Origin: Minisyncoccota bacterium
Lineage (GTDB): Bacteria > Patescibacteriota > Minisyncoccia > Phycocordibacterales > SBAW01
DNA: 64,000 bases
Reading direction: 5' to 3'
Assembly (NCBI GenBank): GCA_018060985.1
Contig: JAGOUZ010000003.1
Location: forward strand, 47,356-111,355
In this document: positions 1 through 8,853 of the stretch, one piece after another
Layout of the letters: each line of letters begins with the position of its first letter
Numbering within the stretch: position 1 is the stretch's first letter
Position numbers and translations under genes: made by a program
The notes under the pieces: model-generated
Databases searched by the model: none
Told to the model about the DNA's origin: nothing
Seen by the model: the letters and a program-made list of their open reading frames with translations, nothing else

Positions 1-183
1 AACAAAAAGCAGATTGCAGAGGCGGTACAAGCGGTCTTTAAGGTTATGCCGCGCAAGGTTACGGTTATCCGCATTCCTTCAAAGCGTGTTATGAGCCGGG
101 GTTCTAACCGCAAGGGTGCAACTGCCGGTGGCAAAAAGGCCTACGTATACCTCAAGAAGGGGGAGACTATCGAGCTCGTGTAA
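1..183 (+). CDS. rplW: 50S ribosomal protein L23, C-terminal part (gene starts upstream of window)
   Basis: In-frame translation NKKQIAEAVQAVFKVMPRKVTVIRIPSKRVMSRGSNRKGATAGGKKAYVYLKKGETIELV* matches the L23 C-terminus; position immediately upstream of rplB. Confidence 0.8.
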   Translation, partial: NKKQIAEAVQAVFKVMPRKVTVIRIPSKRVMSRGSNRKGATAGGKKAYVYLKKGETIELV

Positions 184-192
184 AGAAATTTT

Positions 193-1041
193 ATGAAATC
201 ATATAAGCCATACACAAAGTCCCGCCGCCACATGACCACGGTCACGTTCCGCGGCAAACTCACCACCAATGAGCCCCACAAGGCTCTTACTCACGGCGGT
301 AAGCGTGACGTGGGTCGCAACTCCTTTGGTCGCATTACGATGCGCCACAAGGGTGGTGGTCACAAGCGCCTTTTCCGCGATGTGGACTTTGGCTATGCAA
401 AACATGTCCCAGCTGTTGTTGAGACGGTTGAGTACGATCCAGCACGCTCGGGCTTTATCGGAGTCCTTAAATACATGGACGGCGAGCGCCGCTACGCACT
501 GTTGCCGCAGTCGGTAACTGCTGGCACCAAAATCTTGACCGACGAAAACGCTCCAGCAACTCCGGGAAACCGTTTGCCTCTTAAGGCTATGCCGGTTGGC
601 GCCTTTGTATACAACGTAGAAATTAAGCCAGGGCAGGGCGGCAAACTTGGCCGCGCCGCTGGTACGCATATTGAGGTTATTGCCCGTGACGGCGGTTATG
701 TAGACCTTAAGATGCCGTCGAGCGAAGTGCGCAAAGTGCTTGAAACCTGCTGGGCAACAATCGGCGAGGTATCAAACCCAGAAAACAAACTCATGAATAT
801 CGGTAAGGCAGGCCGCTCACGCTGGCTTGGTATCCGCCCGACCGTTCGCGGTACTGCTATGAACCCGGTAGACCACCCACACGGCGGCGGTGAAGGCCGT
901 CAGGGTCGTGGTTTGCGCCGCGCCAAGTCTAAGTGGGGCAAGCCAACAGGCAAGGGCCAGAAGACACGCACTCCTAAAAAGTATTCAAACTATCTCATTG
1001 TGTCTCGCCGCAAAGTCGGCAAGCGCAACGCAACGCAGTAA
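193..1041 (+). CDS. rplB: 50S ribosomal protein L2
   Basis: 282-aa ORF with L2 hallmarks (GGGHKRLFR...NPVDHPHGGGEGR); canonical position after rplW. Confidence 0.95.
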   Translation: MKSYKPYTKSRRHMTTVTFRGKLTTNEPHKALTHGGKRDVGRNSFGRITMRHKGGGHKRLFRDVDFGYAKHVPAVVETVEYDPARSGFIGVLKYMDGERRYALLPQSVTAGTKILTDENAPATPGNRLPLKAMPVGAFVYNVEIKPGQGGKLGRAAGTHIEVIARDGGYVDLKMPSSEVRKVLETCWATIGEVSNPENKLMNIGKAGRSRWLGIRPTVRGTAMNPVDHPHGGGEGRQGRGLRRAKSKWGKPTGKGQKTRTPKKYSNYLIVSRRKVGKRNATQ

Positions 1042-1053
1042 TAAAAAAGAAAA

Positions 1054-1085
1054 CGCCTCGGGGAAACCCCGGGGCGTTATTTGTA
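1054..1085 (+). terminator. intrinsic terminator after rplB
   Basis: GC hairpin CGCCTCGGGG-AAA-CCCCGGGGCG followed by a TTATTTG T-run. Confidence 0.6.
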
Positions 1086-1162
1086 GTTGACTCCCTCTCT
1101 TGTTTCAACGCATACTGCCCGCCAGACCAGTCTGCCAATATGGCTTCAAAGGAGGAACTAGC

Positions 1163-2083
1163 ATGCTCGAGAATCTGCAGCTGATTCACCGGGGCAAGAC
1201 CCGCGACACCTACCGGGCTAAGTGGTCTAGCCCGAACGACACCCGTCGGCCGCCGCGCCTCATCGTCGCGAGCGACCGCATCTCGACCCACAATATCGTG
1301 CACCAAAGCACGATCCCCAAGAAGGGCGAGGTCTTGACCGCACTGACCGTGCGGTGGATTGAGGATCTTCGTGGTGAGGATATCGACACTCACCTCATTG
1401 CCTTCGGCAAAAATATCTACGATTACCTGCCAGGGAAGGAGGGCGACTACCCGAAGAATTTTCATCACCGGGCAATCGTGGTGAAGGATCTCGACATGAT
1501 CCCGGTCGAATTTATCTACCGGGCGTACCTGTGCGGAAGCCTGTGGGACAAGTATTACAGCAAGGGGCTCGAGAATCCTTACGGGATTAAGTTGGGCCCC
1601 GATCTGCCGCTTATGTATCGGTTTACCCGACCGATCTTCACGCCGACGGAAAAGTCGGACACCGACGAACCCCTGAATCACCTGAAGACACATGAGGAGT
1701 ACAGGGCGGTATCGGAGATCGGGCGGTCTGTTCTCACGTTTGTTCAGAGAGTACTGAGGCGTACTGGTGTTGAAATGATAGACACCAAGCTCGAGTTTGG
1801 TGTCGACGAGCATGGCGCGCTCGTTCTCGCCGACGAAGTGTTGACCCCCGACAGCAGTCGGTTTGTCCGGCGTAAGGATATTAGGGAGGGGGAGAACCCG
1901 CCCTGGCTCGATAAGCAGGTTGCGCGGGACTGGGCGGAGAAGAAGTGGGCAGGCGGACTCAAAGAGCCACTCATCTTTCCACCCATGACCATCAACCAGC
2001 TCAAGGAGACCTATGTTGATCTCTTTGAGATGGTGAGTCGCATGTCGCTCTCGCAGTTCCAGCGCGAAGTGCTTGACCAGTAG
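1163..2083 (+). CDS. purC: phosphoribosylaminoimidazole-succinocarboxamide (SAICAR) synthase
   Basis: PurC motifs GKTRDTY, SDRISTHN, VEFIYRAYLCGS, DTKLEFG, LTPDSSRF; AAGGAGG RBS before ATG at 1163 (ORF track begins at in-frame ATG 1100); flanked by terminators. Confidence 0.85.
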   Translation: MLENLQLIHRGKTRDTYRAKWSSPNDTRRPPRLIVASDRISTHNIVHQSTIPKKGEVLTALTVRWIEDLRGEDIDTHLIAFGKNIYDYLPGKEGDYPKNFHHRAIVVKDLDMIPVEFIYRAYLCGSLWDKYYSKGLENPYGIKLGPDLPLMYRFTRPIFTPTEKSDTDEPLNHLKTHEEYRAVSEIGRSVLTFVQRVLRRTGVEMIDTKLEFGVDEHGALVLADEVLTPDSSRFVRRKDIREGENPPWLDKQVARDWAEKKWAGGLKEPLIFPPMTINQLKETYVDLFEMVSRMSLSQFQREVLDQ

Positions 2084-2100
2084 TTCCGTTTCCATCTGTG

Positions 2101-2134
2101 CCCCGGCCGACTTTTGGCCGGGGCTTCTTTTTTG
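2101..2134 (+). terminator. intrinsic terminator after purC
   Basis: CCCCGGCCGACTTTTGGCCGGGG hairpin followed by CTTCTTTTTTGG. Confidence 0.65.
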
Positions 2135-2143
2135 GCTTATATT

Positions 2144-2171
2144 TGACCTTTCTACCCCTATCCTGTAGATT
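2144..2171 (+). promoter_or_regulatory. candidate sigma70-type promoter restarting the r-protein operon before rpsS
   Basis: TTGACC (2144-2149), 16-nt spacer, TAGATT (2166-2171); directly downstream of the purC terminator. Confidence 0.4.
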
Positions 2172-2240
2172 GTGGTCATCCCGTGCTGCAAGGACTAGGC
2201 GCTCGCTGCCTACGTCGAGCATGGGCCTTTAATTTGACTT

Positions 2241-2618
2241 ATGTCGCGATCACTTAAAAAGGGACCCTATGTAGACGCAAAGCTCCTCAAGAAAATTGAG
2301 GGTAAAAAGCCTGTAGAAACAGGGGTTATTAATACGTGGGCACGCCGCTCACAGATCGCCCCAGAAATGGTTGGTTTTAAGTTTGGGGTACATAATGGCA
2401 AGACGCATATTGAAGTTTTGGTAAGCGAAGACATGGTAGGTCACCGTTTGGGTGAATTTTCTCCTACGAAGAAATTCGTTCGTCACGGCGGTAAGATGCA
2501 GAAGGAAATGGAGGCAAAGGCTAAAGAGGCCGAGATTGCAGCAGCACAGGCCGCTAAGGCAGCTACCGATGCTTCCGCAGGGAAGGGGGCTGCAGCCGGC
2601 GCTGCCGCGAAGAAATAA
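2241..2618 (+). CDS. rpsS: 30S ribosomal protein S19 with ~35-aa Ala/Lys-rich C-terminal extension
   Basis: S19 core ([13 protein letters not shown]...FVRHGGK) followed by a low-complexity [32 protein letters not shown] tail. Confidence 0.95.
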   Translation: MSRSLKKGPYVDAKLLKKIEGKKPVETGVINTWARRSQIAPEMVGFKFGVHNGKTHIEVLVSEDMVGHRLGEFSPTKKFVRHGGKMQKEMEAKAKEAEIAAAQAAKAATDASAGKGAAAGAAAKK

Positions 2619-2626
2619 TTTGATAT

Positions 2627-2983
2627 ATGAACGAAGCTACTGCAAAACTTTCTAACTACCGCCAGTCGCCCCGCAAGGTGCGCCTCATTGCCGACCTTAT
2701 TCGCGGCAAGTCTGCTGACCGCGCACTTGCGCTCCTTGCAAACCTCCCGAAGCGCGGTAGCGACCCGATGGCATCACTCGTGCGCTCGGCTATTGCCAAT
2801 GCTCAGTCAAAAGGACTTTCTGCTTCTGATCTCTACATTTCGACTATCCAGGTAAACGGTGGCGTTGTATTTAAGCGCATGATGCCTCGCGCTCGCGGCC
2901 GTGGAGCCCCGATCCGCAAGAAGTCGAGCCACATTACGATCGCGCTCGCCAAGAAGGCACCTAAGAAGGCTACCCAAAAATAA
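2627..2983 (+). CDS. rplV: 50S ribosomal protein L22
   Basis: 118-aa L22-like ORF in canonical order. Confidence 0.95.
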   Translation: MNEATAKLSNYRQSPRKVRLIADLIRGKSADRALALLANLPKRGSDPMASLVRSAIANAQSKGLSASDLYISTIQVNGGVVFKRMMPRARGRGAPIRKKSSHITIALAKKAPKKATQK

Positions 2984-2984
2984 T

Positions 2985-3659
2985 ATGTCTAAAGTTGTTA
3001 ACCCATTTGCTCATAGACTCGGTATCCTACGTGACTGGCGTCACCGCTCTTTTGCCGTAGGTCCTAAGTACGTTCAGTATCTTAAGGCTGACATCATGCT
3101 CCGCCAGTTTTTGGTGGCGCAGCTCCGCGGTATGTACATTGGCGCTATCGAACTTGAGCGCAACGACAAGACTCTTCGCATCATAATCAAGACATCTCGT
3201 CCGGGTATTATCATTGGCCGCTCTGGCGAAGGTTCTATCAAGCTTAAAAACAGCATTACTGCCTTTTTGCGCAAGCTTAAAGTTCCGGTACCGGAGATAA
3301 AGCTCGACATCGAGGAGATCCGCAGCCCAGAGAGCAATGCCGCTATTGTTGCCTATATGGTTGCAGAAGGTCTTGAGAAGCGCCTCCCATTCCGCCGCGT
3401 CCTCAAGCAGACTATCGAAAAGGTTATGGCAAACCGCGATGTTAAGGGTGTGCGTATTGGCCTTGCCGGCATGCTCGGCGGTGGCAGCATGTCACGCCGC
3501 GAAGAGCTTAAGAAAGGCCGCATTCCGCTCCAGACCTTCCGTTCAGACATCGACTACGCAAAGGAGCGCGCAAACCTGCCGCTTGGCGTTATCGGCGTAA
3601 AGGTCTGGATCTACAAAGGCGAGGTCTTTGCTGCTGAGAAGAAAGAGAAGAACAAATAA
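2985..3659 (+). CDS. rpsC: 30S ribosomal protein S3
   Basis: S3 KH and C-terminal domains; start placed at ATG 2985 (MSKVVNPFAH) immediately after the rplV stop rather than the overlapping upstream ATG of the ORF track. Confidence 0.95.
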   Translation: MSKVVNPFAHRLGILRDWRHRSFAVGPKYVQYLKADIMLRQFLVAQLRGMYIGAIELERNDKTLRIIIKTSRPGIIIGRSGEGSIKLKNSITAFLRKLKVPVPEIKLDIEEIRSPESNAAIVAYMVAEGLEKRLPFRRVLKQTIEKVMANRDVKGVRIGLAGMLGGGSMSRREELKKGRIPLQTFRSDIDYAKERANLPLGVIGVKVWIYKGEVFAAEKKEKNK

Positions 3660-3664
3660 TTTTT

Positions 3665-4087
3665 ATGTTGCTCCCTAAGAAAGTAAAATTTAGAAAATGG
3701 CACACGATGCGCCGCAACCCAAAGCGCTCGATGGTTGCCTCTCGTGGCATCACGGTAGCCTTTGGCAGCCATGGCCTTAAAGCTATGAGCGAAGGTCGCG
3801 TACGCTCAAACCAGCTGGAGTCGGCCCGCAAAGTAGTGGTCCGCGAGCTCGGTAAGACTGGCAAGATGTGGCTCCGCGTCTTTCCAGACAAGCCATTTAC
3901 TCAGAAGCCGCCCGAGGTAAAGCTCGGTAAGGGCAAAGGTGATCCGGTCGGCTATGAGGTGCAGATCTGGCCAGGTCGCGTCTTGTTTGAAGTAGACGGC
4001 GTACCCGCAGTCGATGCGGTTAAGATGCTTGTAAAGGCAGGGAAGAAGCTCCCGCTTAAGACCCGCGTCGTGTCCCGCACCCACTAA
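3665..4087 (+). CDS. rplP: 50S ribosomal protein L16
   Basis: MLLPKKVKFRKWH... L16 signature. Confidence 0.95.
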   Translation: MLLPKKVKFRKWHTMRRNPKRSMVASRGITVAFGSHGLKAMSEGRVRSNQLESARKVVVRELGKTGKMWLRVFPDKPFTQKPPEVKLGKGKGDPVGYEVQIWPGRVLFEVDGVPAVDAVKMLVKAGKKLPLKTRVVSRTH

Positions 4088-4088
4088 T

Positions 4089-4274
4089 ATGAAAAAGCAC
4101 TCACTTACAAAACACTCGGTAGAGGATCTCCACAAGCTCGTTGCAGATAAGCGCGAAGAGCTCCGGGCCTTGCGTTTTGCCGTCGCAGGCAGTAAAAATC
4201 GCAATGTGAAGCAGGCTCGCACCTTGAAGAAAGAGGTTGCTAGGGCGCTCACAGAGCTTACCAAGCGCGCATAA
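4089..4274 (+). CDS. rpmC: 50S ribosomal protein L29
   Basis: 61-aa helical protein in canonical position. Confidence 0.9.
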   Translation: MKKHSLTKHSVEDLHKLVADKREELRALRFAVAGSKNRNVKQARTLKKEVARALTELTKRA

Positions 4275-4282
4275 TCAATTAT

Positions 4283-4528
4283 ATGGAAACCAAAACAGTA
4301 CATAAGAAGACCCTTCGCGGCACCGTAGTCTCTGACAAAATGCAGGAGACAGCGGTAGTTTTGGTGTCCCGCTACGTTAAGCACCCGAAGTACAAGAAGT
4401 ACATGAAGAGCAGCAAGAAGTACCATGCCCACAACCCAGGCAACCGCGCCAAGGAAGGGGAGCAGGTAACGATCCGCTCATGCCGCCCGCTTTCAAAGAC
4501 CAAGTCTTTCGAAATCGTCTTCGAATAA
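4283..4528 (+). CDS. rpsQ: 30S ribosomal protein S17
   Basis: 81-aa S17-like ORF (LRGTVVSDKMQETAVV...). Confidence 0.95.
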   Translation: METKTVHKKTLRGTVVSDKMQETAVVLVSRYVKHPKYKKYMKSSKKYHAHNPGNRAKEGEQVTIRSCRPLSKTKSFEIVFE

Positions 4529-4532
4529 TTTT

Positions 4533-4913
4533 ATGATCCAACCTCAGACTATAGTCGTCATAGCAGACAACTCCGGAGCAAAGCTCGGACGCATTTTCAA
4601 AGTGCTCGGCAGCTCAAAGAAGCGCTATGCGCAGATCGGTGAGATTGTCGTGCTTTCCGTACAGACGGCAGAGCCTCGCAAAGCGGTTAAAAAGAAGGAC
4701 GTGCTCCGCGCTGTAGTGGTGCGCCAGAAGCAGGCATTCCGCCGCAAAGACGGTTCATATATTCGCTTTGATGAAAATGCAGTCGTCATCATTGAAGGAG
4801 CTGGCAAGAATGCACACGAGCCAAAGGCAGGACGCATCTTCGGTCCTATACCGCGCGAGCTCCAGGACCTTGGCTACCAGACCATTATTTCTCGTGCGCC
4901 TGAAGTCGTATAA
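4533..4913 (+). CDS. rplN: 50S ribosomal protein L14
   Basis: MIQPQTIVVIADNSGAK... L14. Confidence 0.95.
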   Translation: MIQPQTIVVIADNSGAKLGRIFKVLGSSKKRYAQIGEIVVLSVQTAEPRKAVKKKDVLRAVVVRQKQAFRRKDGSYIRFDENAVVIIEGAGKNAHEPKAGRIFGPIPRELQDLGYQTIISRAPEVV

Positions 4914-4917
4914 ATGT

Positions 4918-5175
4918 ATGAATACTCTCCACGTTAAAAAAGGCGACACTGTAGTGGTAATCTCCGGTGTACACAAAGGTAAGACCGGCAAGATAGTAGA
5001 GGCAATGCCAAAGCTCGGCCTCGTACTTGTAGAAGGTGTTGGCATGGTTAAAAAGCACCAGCGCCCTCGCCGCGACGGTCAGAAGGGTCAGATTATCGAC
5101 AAGCATGTGCCGATCCGCGCAAGCAAGGTTATGAATGTTGCGCTTCAGAAAGAGCGTGCAAAGAAGAAAAAATAG
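4918..5175 (+). CDS. rplX: 50S ribosomal protein L24
   Basis: KOW motif LHVKKGDTVVVISGVHKGKTGKI; start at ATG 4918 just after the rplN stop. Confidence 0.9.
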   Translation: MNTLHVKKGDTVVVISGVHKGKTGKIVEAMPKLGLVLVEGVGMVKKHQRPRRDGQKGQIIDKHVPIRASKVMNVALQKERAKKKK

Positions 5176-5178
5176 TAT

Positions 5179-5724
5179 ATGGCTACCACAAAACTTTTAC
5201 AGGACCAGCAGAAGTCAGCTTTTAAAGATCTCAAAGACACCTTTGGGTGGACTAACTCTATGCAGACGCCCCGCATCGAAAAGGTGGTTGTCTCGGTTGG
5301 CGTTGGCAAGATGGCAAAAGAGAAGGGCCGTCAGGATATGGTGGCAAACCGCCTCTCAAAGATTACCGGCCAGAAGGCAGCTACTCGCGGTGCCAAGAAG
5401 GCTATTGCAACCTTTAAGACCCGCATCGGTGACCGTGTTGGCTACCAGGTAACGCTCCGTGGCGCACGTGCACAGGACTTTTTGAACCGCCTCGTGCACA
5501 TCGCACTCCCTCGCACCAAAGACTTCCGCGGCATCTCTGCCGATGCTATTGATGAGATGGGTAACTACACTCTTGGTATTAAAGAAAACACGGTGTTTCC
5601 AGAAACTGCAGACGAAGAACTTAAGGATGTGTTTGGTATGGCAGTAACGATTGTGACAACCGCTAAGAACAAGGCAGAGGCAAAGGCCTACCTAACCCAC
5701 CTCGGGTTTCCGTTTAAGAAATAA
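5179..5724 (+). CDS. rplE: 50S ribosomal protein L5
   Basis: 181-aa L5-like ORF. Confidence 0.95.
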   Translation: MATTKLLQDQQKSAFKDLKDTFGWTNSMQTPRIEKVVVSVGVGKMAKEKGRQDMVANRLSKITGQKAATRGAKKAIATFKTRIGDRVGYQVTLRGARAQDFLNRLVHIALPRTKDFRGISADAIDEMGNYTLGIKENTVFPETADEELKDVFGMAVTIVTTAKNKAEAKAYLTHLGFPFKK

Positions 5725-5740
5725 TCAGACGGGATACAAG

Positions 5741-5776
5741 AAAGGCCTTGCGGTTCATTCCGCAAGGCCTTTTTTC
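5741..5776. terminator. bidirectional hairpin/terminator after rplE
   Basis: AAAGGCCTTGCGG-ttcattc-CCGCAAGGCCTTTTTT; the stop codon of the antisense ORF lies in its loop. Confidence 0.6.
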
Positions 5777-6036
5777 ATCAGTCGCTCAGCTTCTGCTCGA
5801 TCCACTTCGTATCCCGAGAAACACTCGACAGGGCCATAGTCGAGGAGGCAGACACAGGTATCTTTATCACCGCAGTACTCCTCGTCGAAGGCCCAGGCGA
5901 TATAACGCCCGTCACTGGTGAGCATTAGGTGGTCTCCTTGGTGGTGCTCGGGCAGCAAGCAGGGAGGGAAGTCGTCCCCCTCACGCATGTACATTACTTC
6001 GAAGAAGGGTATGAGAATTCCGCAGGTTTCTCGCAT
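5755..6036 (-). CDS. hypothetical small Cys/His-containing protein encoded antisense inside the r-protein cluster
   Basis: 93-aa ORF MRETCGILIPFFEVMYMREGDDFPPCLLPEHHQGDH...CGDKDTCVCLLDYGPVECFSGYE with GGGAG SD-like element 7 nt upstream; G/C-ending codon usage unlike flanking r-protein genes; occupies the atypical 515-bp rplE-rpsN gap (ORF track extends it to 6270). Confidence 0.35.
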   Translation of the reverse strand: MRETCGILIPFFEVMYMREGDDFPPCLLPEHHQGDHLMLTSDGRYIAWAFDEEYCGDKDTCVCLLDYGPVECFSGYEVDRAEAERLMKKGLAE

Positions 6037-6239
6037 GCAGTATCTCCCTAGATAGAGCAAAACTGAGACCACTATAGCAAATAGACCCCTATTTGACTTA
6101 TAGAGCCCTATCGCGTATATTCGTGTCAGCCCATTCAGGGCTCCTTTTTTCTGATAGGTGCCGCTTAGTCGAAAGGCGAGGCAAACCGGCAGAATCATAA
6201 CCTCTAAAGGACGAAAGTAAGGGGGTAAACCATCCACGT

Positions 6240-6425
6240 ATGGCAAAAAAGTCCACAGTTGCACGCTCAAACAAGCCCCCGAAATTTAAGTCGAGGGTTG
6301 TTCGCCGTTGCTTCCGCTGCGGCCGTAAGCGCGCCTTTATGCGTGACTTTGGTATGTGCCGCGCCTGCTTCCGTGAAGCGGCAAACGAAGGACTTGTTCC
6401 GGGCGTTAAGAAATCATCATGGTAA
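6240..6425 (+). CDS. rpsN: 30S ribosomal protein S14, zinc-binding type Z
   Basis: 61 aa with CxxC...CxxC ([20 protein letters not shown]). Confidence 0.9.
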   Translation: MAKKSTVARSNKPPKFKSRVVRRCFRCGRKRAFMRDFGMCRACFREAANEGLVPGVKKSSW

Positions 6426-6805
6426 CCGACCCTATCGCAGACTTTTTGGTTCGCTTGAGAAACGCGGGAATGACCGGCAAAGAGTTTGTCGTAATACCTG
6501 CATCTAAGATGACGACCGCCCTCGCAAACCTTCTTGAGAAAGAGGGTTATGTGAAGGAAGTTTCTAAACAAAAGAAGAATAATTCCTTTACGATTACGCT
6601 CGCCTACAAAAATGGCCGCCCGGTTATCACCGGCTCAAAGCGCATTTCAAAGCCATCACGCCGCATGTACATGGGTGTACGCGAAGTACGTCCGGTTAAG
6701 CGCGGTCACGGTCTTTTGGTCCTCTCGACGCCGGCTGGCGTTTTGACCGGCAAAGAGGCTCGCGAAAAGCGTGTCGGTGGAGAAGCCCTGTTCGAAATTT
6801 GGTAA
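6419..6805 (+). CDS. rpsH: 30S ribosomal protein S8
   Basis: [16 protein letters not shown]... S8. Confidence 0.95.
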   Translation: MVTDPIADFLVRLRNAGMTGKEFVVIPASKMTTALANLLEKEGYVKEVSKQKKNNSFTITLAYKNGRPVITGSKRISKPSRRMYMGVREVRPVKRGHGLLVLSTPAGVLTGKEAREKRVGGEALFEIW

Positions 6806-6809
6806 TTAT

Positions 6810-7343
6810 ATGTCACGTCTTGCTAAACGCCCCATCGTTATACCTGCCAAAACCGAGATAACCGTTAAGAACGGTGAAATCGAGGTTAAGGGCCCAAAGG
6901 CCACGCTTACTCGCGAGGGTAATCGTCTTATTGCTGTTGAAGTAGGTGCAGAAGGCGTACAGGTTTCAACTAAGTCAGATACGCTCGAGGCAAAGGCATT
7001 GCTCGGCACCTACGCCTCCCACATCCGCAACATGATTGAGGGCGTTACCAACGGCTTTGTTAAGAAGCTTCTCATTGAGGGCGTTGGCTACAAGTGGGAT
7101 GTTCAGGGCAAGACGCTCAACCTCGCACTTGGTTTTTCTCACCCGGTTAAAGTAGCAATCCCTGAAGGTCTTACCGTAACAATCGAAAAGGGAGTACTTT
7201 CAATTGCCGGCCCAAATAAAGAAATCGTCGGTCAGTTTGCAGCAAATATCCGTGCACTCAAAAAGCCTGAGCCGTACAAGGGCAAGGGTATCCGCTTTGA
7301 GGGTGAGGTTATCCGCCGCAAGCAGGGTAAGAAAGCCGCATAA
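6810..7343 (+). CDS. rplF: 50S ribosomal protein L6
   Basis: L6 two-domain sequence; start at ATG 6810 (MSRLAKRPIVIP) after the rpsH stop. Confidence 0.95.
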   Translation: MSRLAKRPIVIPAKTEITVKNGEIEVKGPKATLTREGNRLIAVEVGAEGVQVSTKSDTLEAKALLGTYASHIRNMIEGVTNGFVKKLLIEGVGYKWDVQGKTLNLALGFSHPVKVAIPEGLTVTIEKGVLSIAGPNKEIVGQFAANIRALKKPEPYKGKGIRFEGEVIRRKQGKKAA

Positions 7344-7349
7344 ACCACT

Positions 7350-7703
7350 ATGGAAAAGACTATTGCAAAACAAATTGGTAGACAGCGTCGTCATAACCGC
7401 ATCCGCGCGAAGGTTATGGGTACCGCAACTCGTCCGCGTCTTGCGGTCTACAAGTCTAACCGCTACCTCCATGCGCAGGTTATTGATGATGAGGCAGGGA
7501 AGACTCTTGTTTCTGGTAGCACAAAGGATGTTGCAGCTAAGGCAAAGAAAACGGATGCAGCAAAAATGCTTGGTGTGGAACTTGCAAAGCGTGCAAAGGC
7601 GGCCGGCATTACCGAAGTGGTGTTTGATCGTGGCGGCTTCCGTTATACCGGAAGAGTTGCTACACTCGCAGACGCTGCACGTGAAGGTGGGCTCAAATTT
7701 TAA
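7350..7703 (+). CDS. rplR: 50S ribosomal protein L18
   Basis: 117-aa L18-like ORF. Confidence 0.95.
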   Translation: MEKTIAKQIGRQRRHNRIRAKVMGTATRPRLAVYKSNRYLHAQVIDDEAGKTLVSGSTKDVAAKAKKTDAAKMLGVELAKRAKAAGITEVVFDRGGFRYTGRVATLADAAREGGLKF

Positions 7704-7706
7704 TAT

Positions 7707-8330
7707 ATGGTAGATACTAACGAAAAAGAGGTAGAAGCAGTTAAGGCCGCCGGAGAGGCGGAGGCAGTTGCAGTACCTGCAGAGGCCGTAGCGGCTGCGC
7801 CTGGAGCAGCTCCTGCTGCACCTGATCAGCGTGGTCGCCGTGGCCGTGGAGATCGCCGTGGAAGCCGTGGCAATGCGCCTCGCGCCCGTCAGGAGCGCAA
7901 GAGCGAGTACGATCAGAAGATGATCAATATCCGCCGCGTAGCCCGCGTGGTTTCAGGTGGTCGCCGCTTCTCATTTAGCGTTTCTATCATCATTGGTAAC
8001 AAGAAGGGCAAAGTTGGCGTAGGCGTTGGCAAGGCAGGGGACACCACTCTCGCTATCGACAAGGCAGTACGCAATGCAAAAAAGCACCTTATTACCGTAC
8101 CTCTTACGAAAGACAACTCAATTGCTCACGATGTTAAGGCAAAGTACTCAGCTTCAATCGTAAGCATGATGCCAGCCCATGGCCGCGGTTTGGTGGCAGG
8201 TTCGTCAGTACGCCCGGTTCTCGAGCTTGCTGGTGTGACCAACATTATTGCCAAGGTACACTCGGGCAGCAAAAATGGTCTTAACAATGCTCGCGCAGCT
8301 ATCGAAGCGCTTAAGTCGCTTAAAGCGTAA
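7707..8330 (+). CDS. rpsE: 30S ribosomal protein S5 with ~45-aa Ala/Arg-rich N-terminal extension
   Basis: S5 core preceded by low-complexity AVAVPAEAVAAAPGAAPAAPDQRGRRGRGDRRGSRG. Confidence 0.95.
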   Translation: MVDTNEKEVEAVKAAGEAEAVAVPAEAVAAAPGAAPAAPDQRGRRGRGDRRGSRGNAPRARQERKSEYDQKMINIRRVARVVSGGRRFSFSVSIIIGNKKGKVGVGVGKAGDTTLAIDKAVRNAKKHLITVPLTKDNSIAHDVKAKYSASIVSMMPAHGRGLVAGSSVRPVLELAGVTNIIAKVHSGSKNGLNNARAAIEALKSLKA

Positions 8331-8336
8331 ACTTTT

Positions 8337-8765
8337 ATGCAGCTCAACGAACTCAAAAGAAAAACTTCAAATCGTAAGCAGAAGCGCGTAGGTCGCGGTC
8401 GCGGCTCCGGCAAAGGCAAAACCTCTGGTCGTGGTACCAAGGGTCAGAAGGCGCGCGCTGGTCACAAGATGATGCCGGCTATCCGCGAGCAGCTCAAGAA
8501 GCTTCCTAAGAAGCGCGGTTACAGCTTTAAGAGCATCAAGGATAAACCAACGGTTCTTAACGTTGCAACGCTTGAACGTTACTTTACGGCAGGCGACACT
8601 ATCAGCCCTGCAGTGCTTGTAGAGCGCGGCCTCCTCGTTAAGGGACATCCGGTTAAGATCTTGGGCGATGGCGAACTTGCTAAAAAACTTACTATTTCGG
8701 GCTGTGCAGTGTCTGCTTCTGCCCGTACAAAAATTGAAAAGGTGGGTGGTTCAGTGGTAGTGTAA
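8337..8765 (+). CDS. rplO: 50S ribosomal protein L15
   Basis: Gly/Arg-rich L15 N-terminus; follows rpsE directly with no L30 gene between. Confidence 0.95.
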   Translation: MQLNELKRKTSNRKQKRVGRGRGSGKGKTSGRGTKGQKARAGHKMMPAIREQLKKLPKKRGYSFKSIKDKPTVLNVATLERYFTAGDTISPAVLVERGLLVKGHPVKILGDGELAKKLTISGCAVSASARTKIEKVGGSVVV

Positions 8766-8853
8766 ACCTATCCTCTATATGAGCACTCCGTCTCATATAG
8801 CCGTCGTTCGCTCGGAGATTAAAATAAATTTTATCTCACTCGCTCACTAGACT

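Noticed and set aside
199-669. Antisense and alternative-frame ORFs inside rplB and other r-protein genes (e.g. 199..669-, 269..517+, 995..2191-)
   Set aside because: They overlap strongly supported conserved genes on the other strand or frame and have no independent signals.
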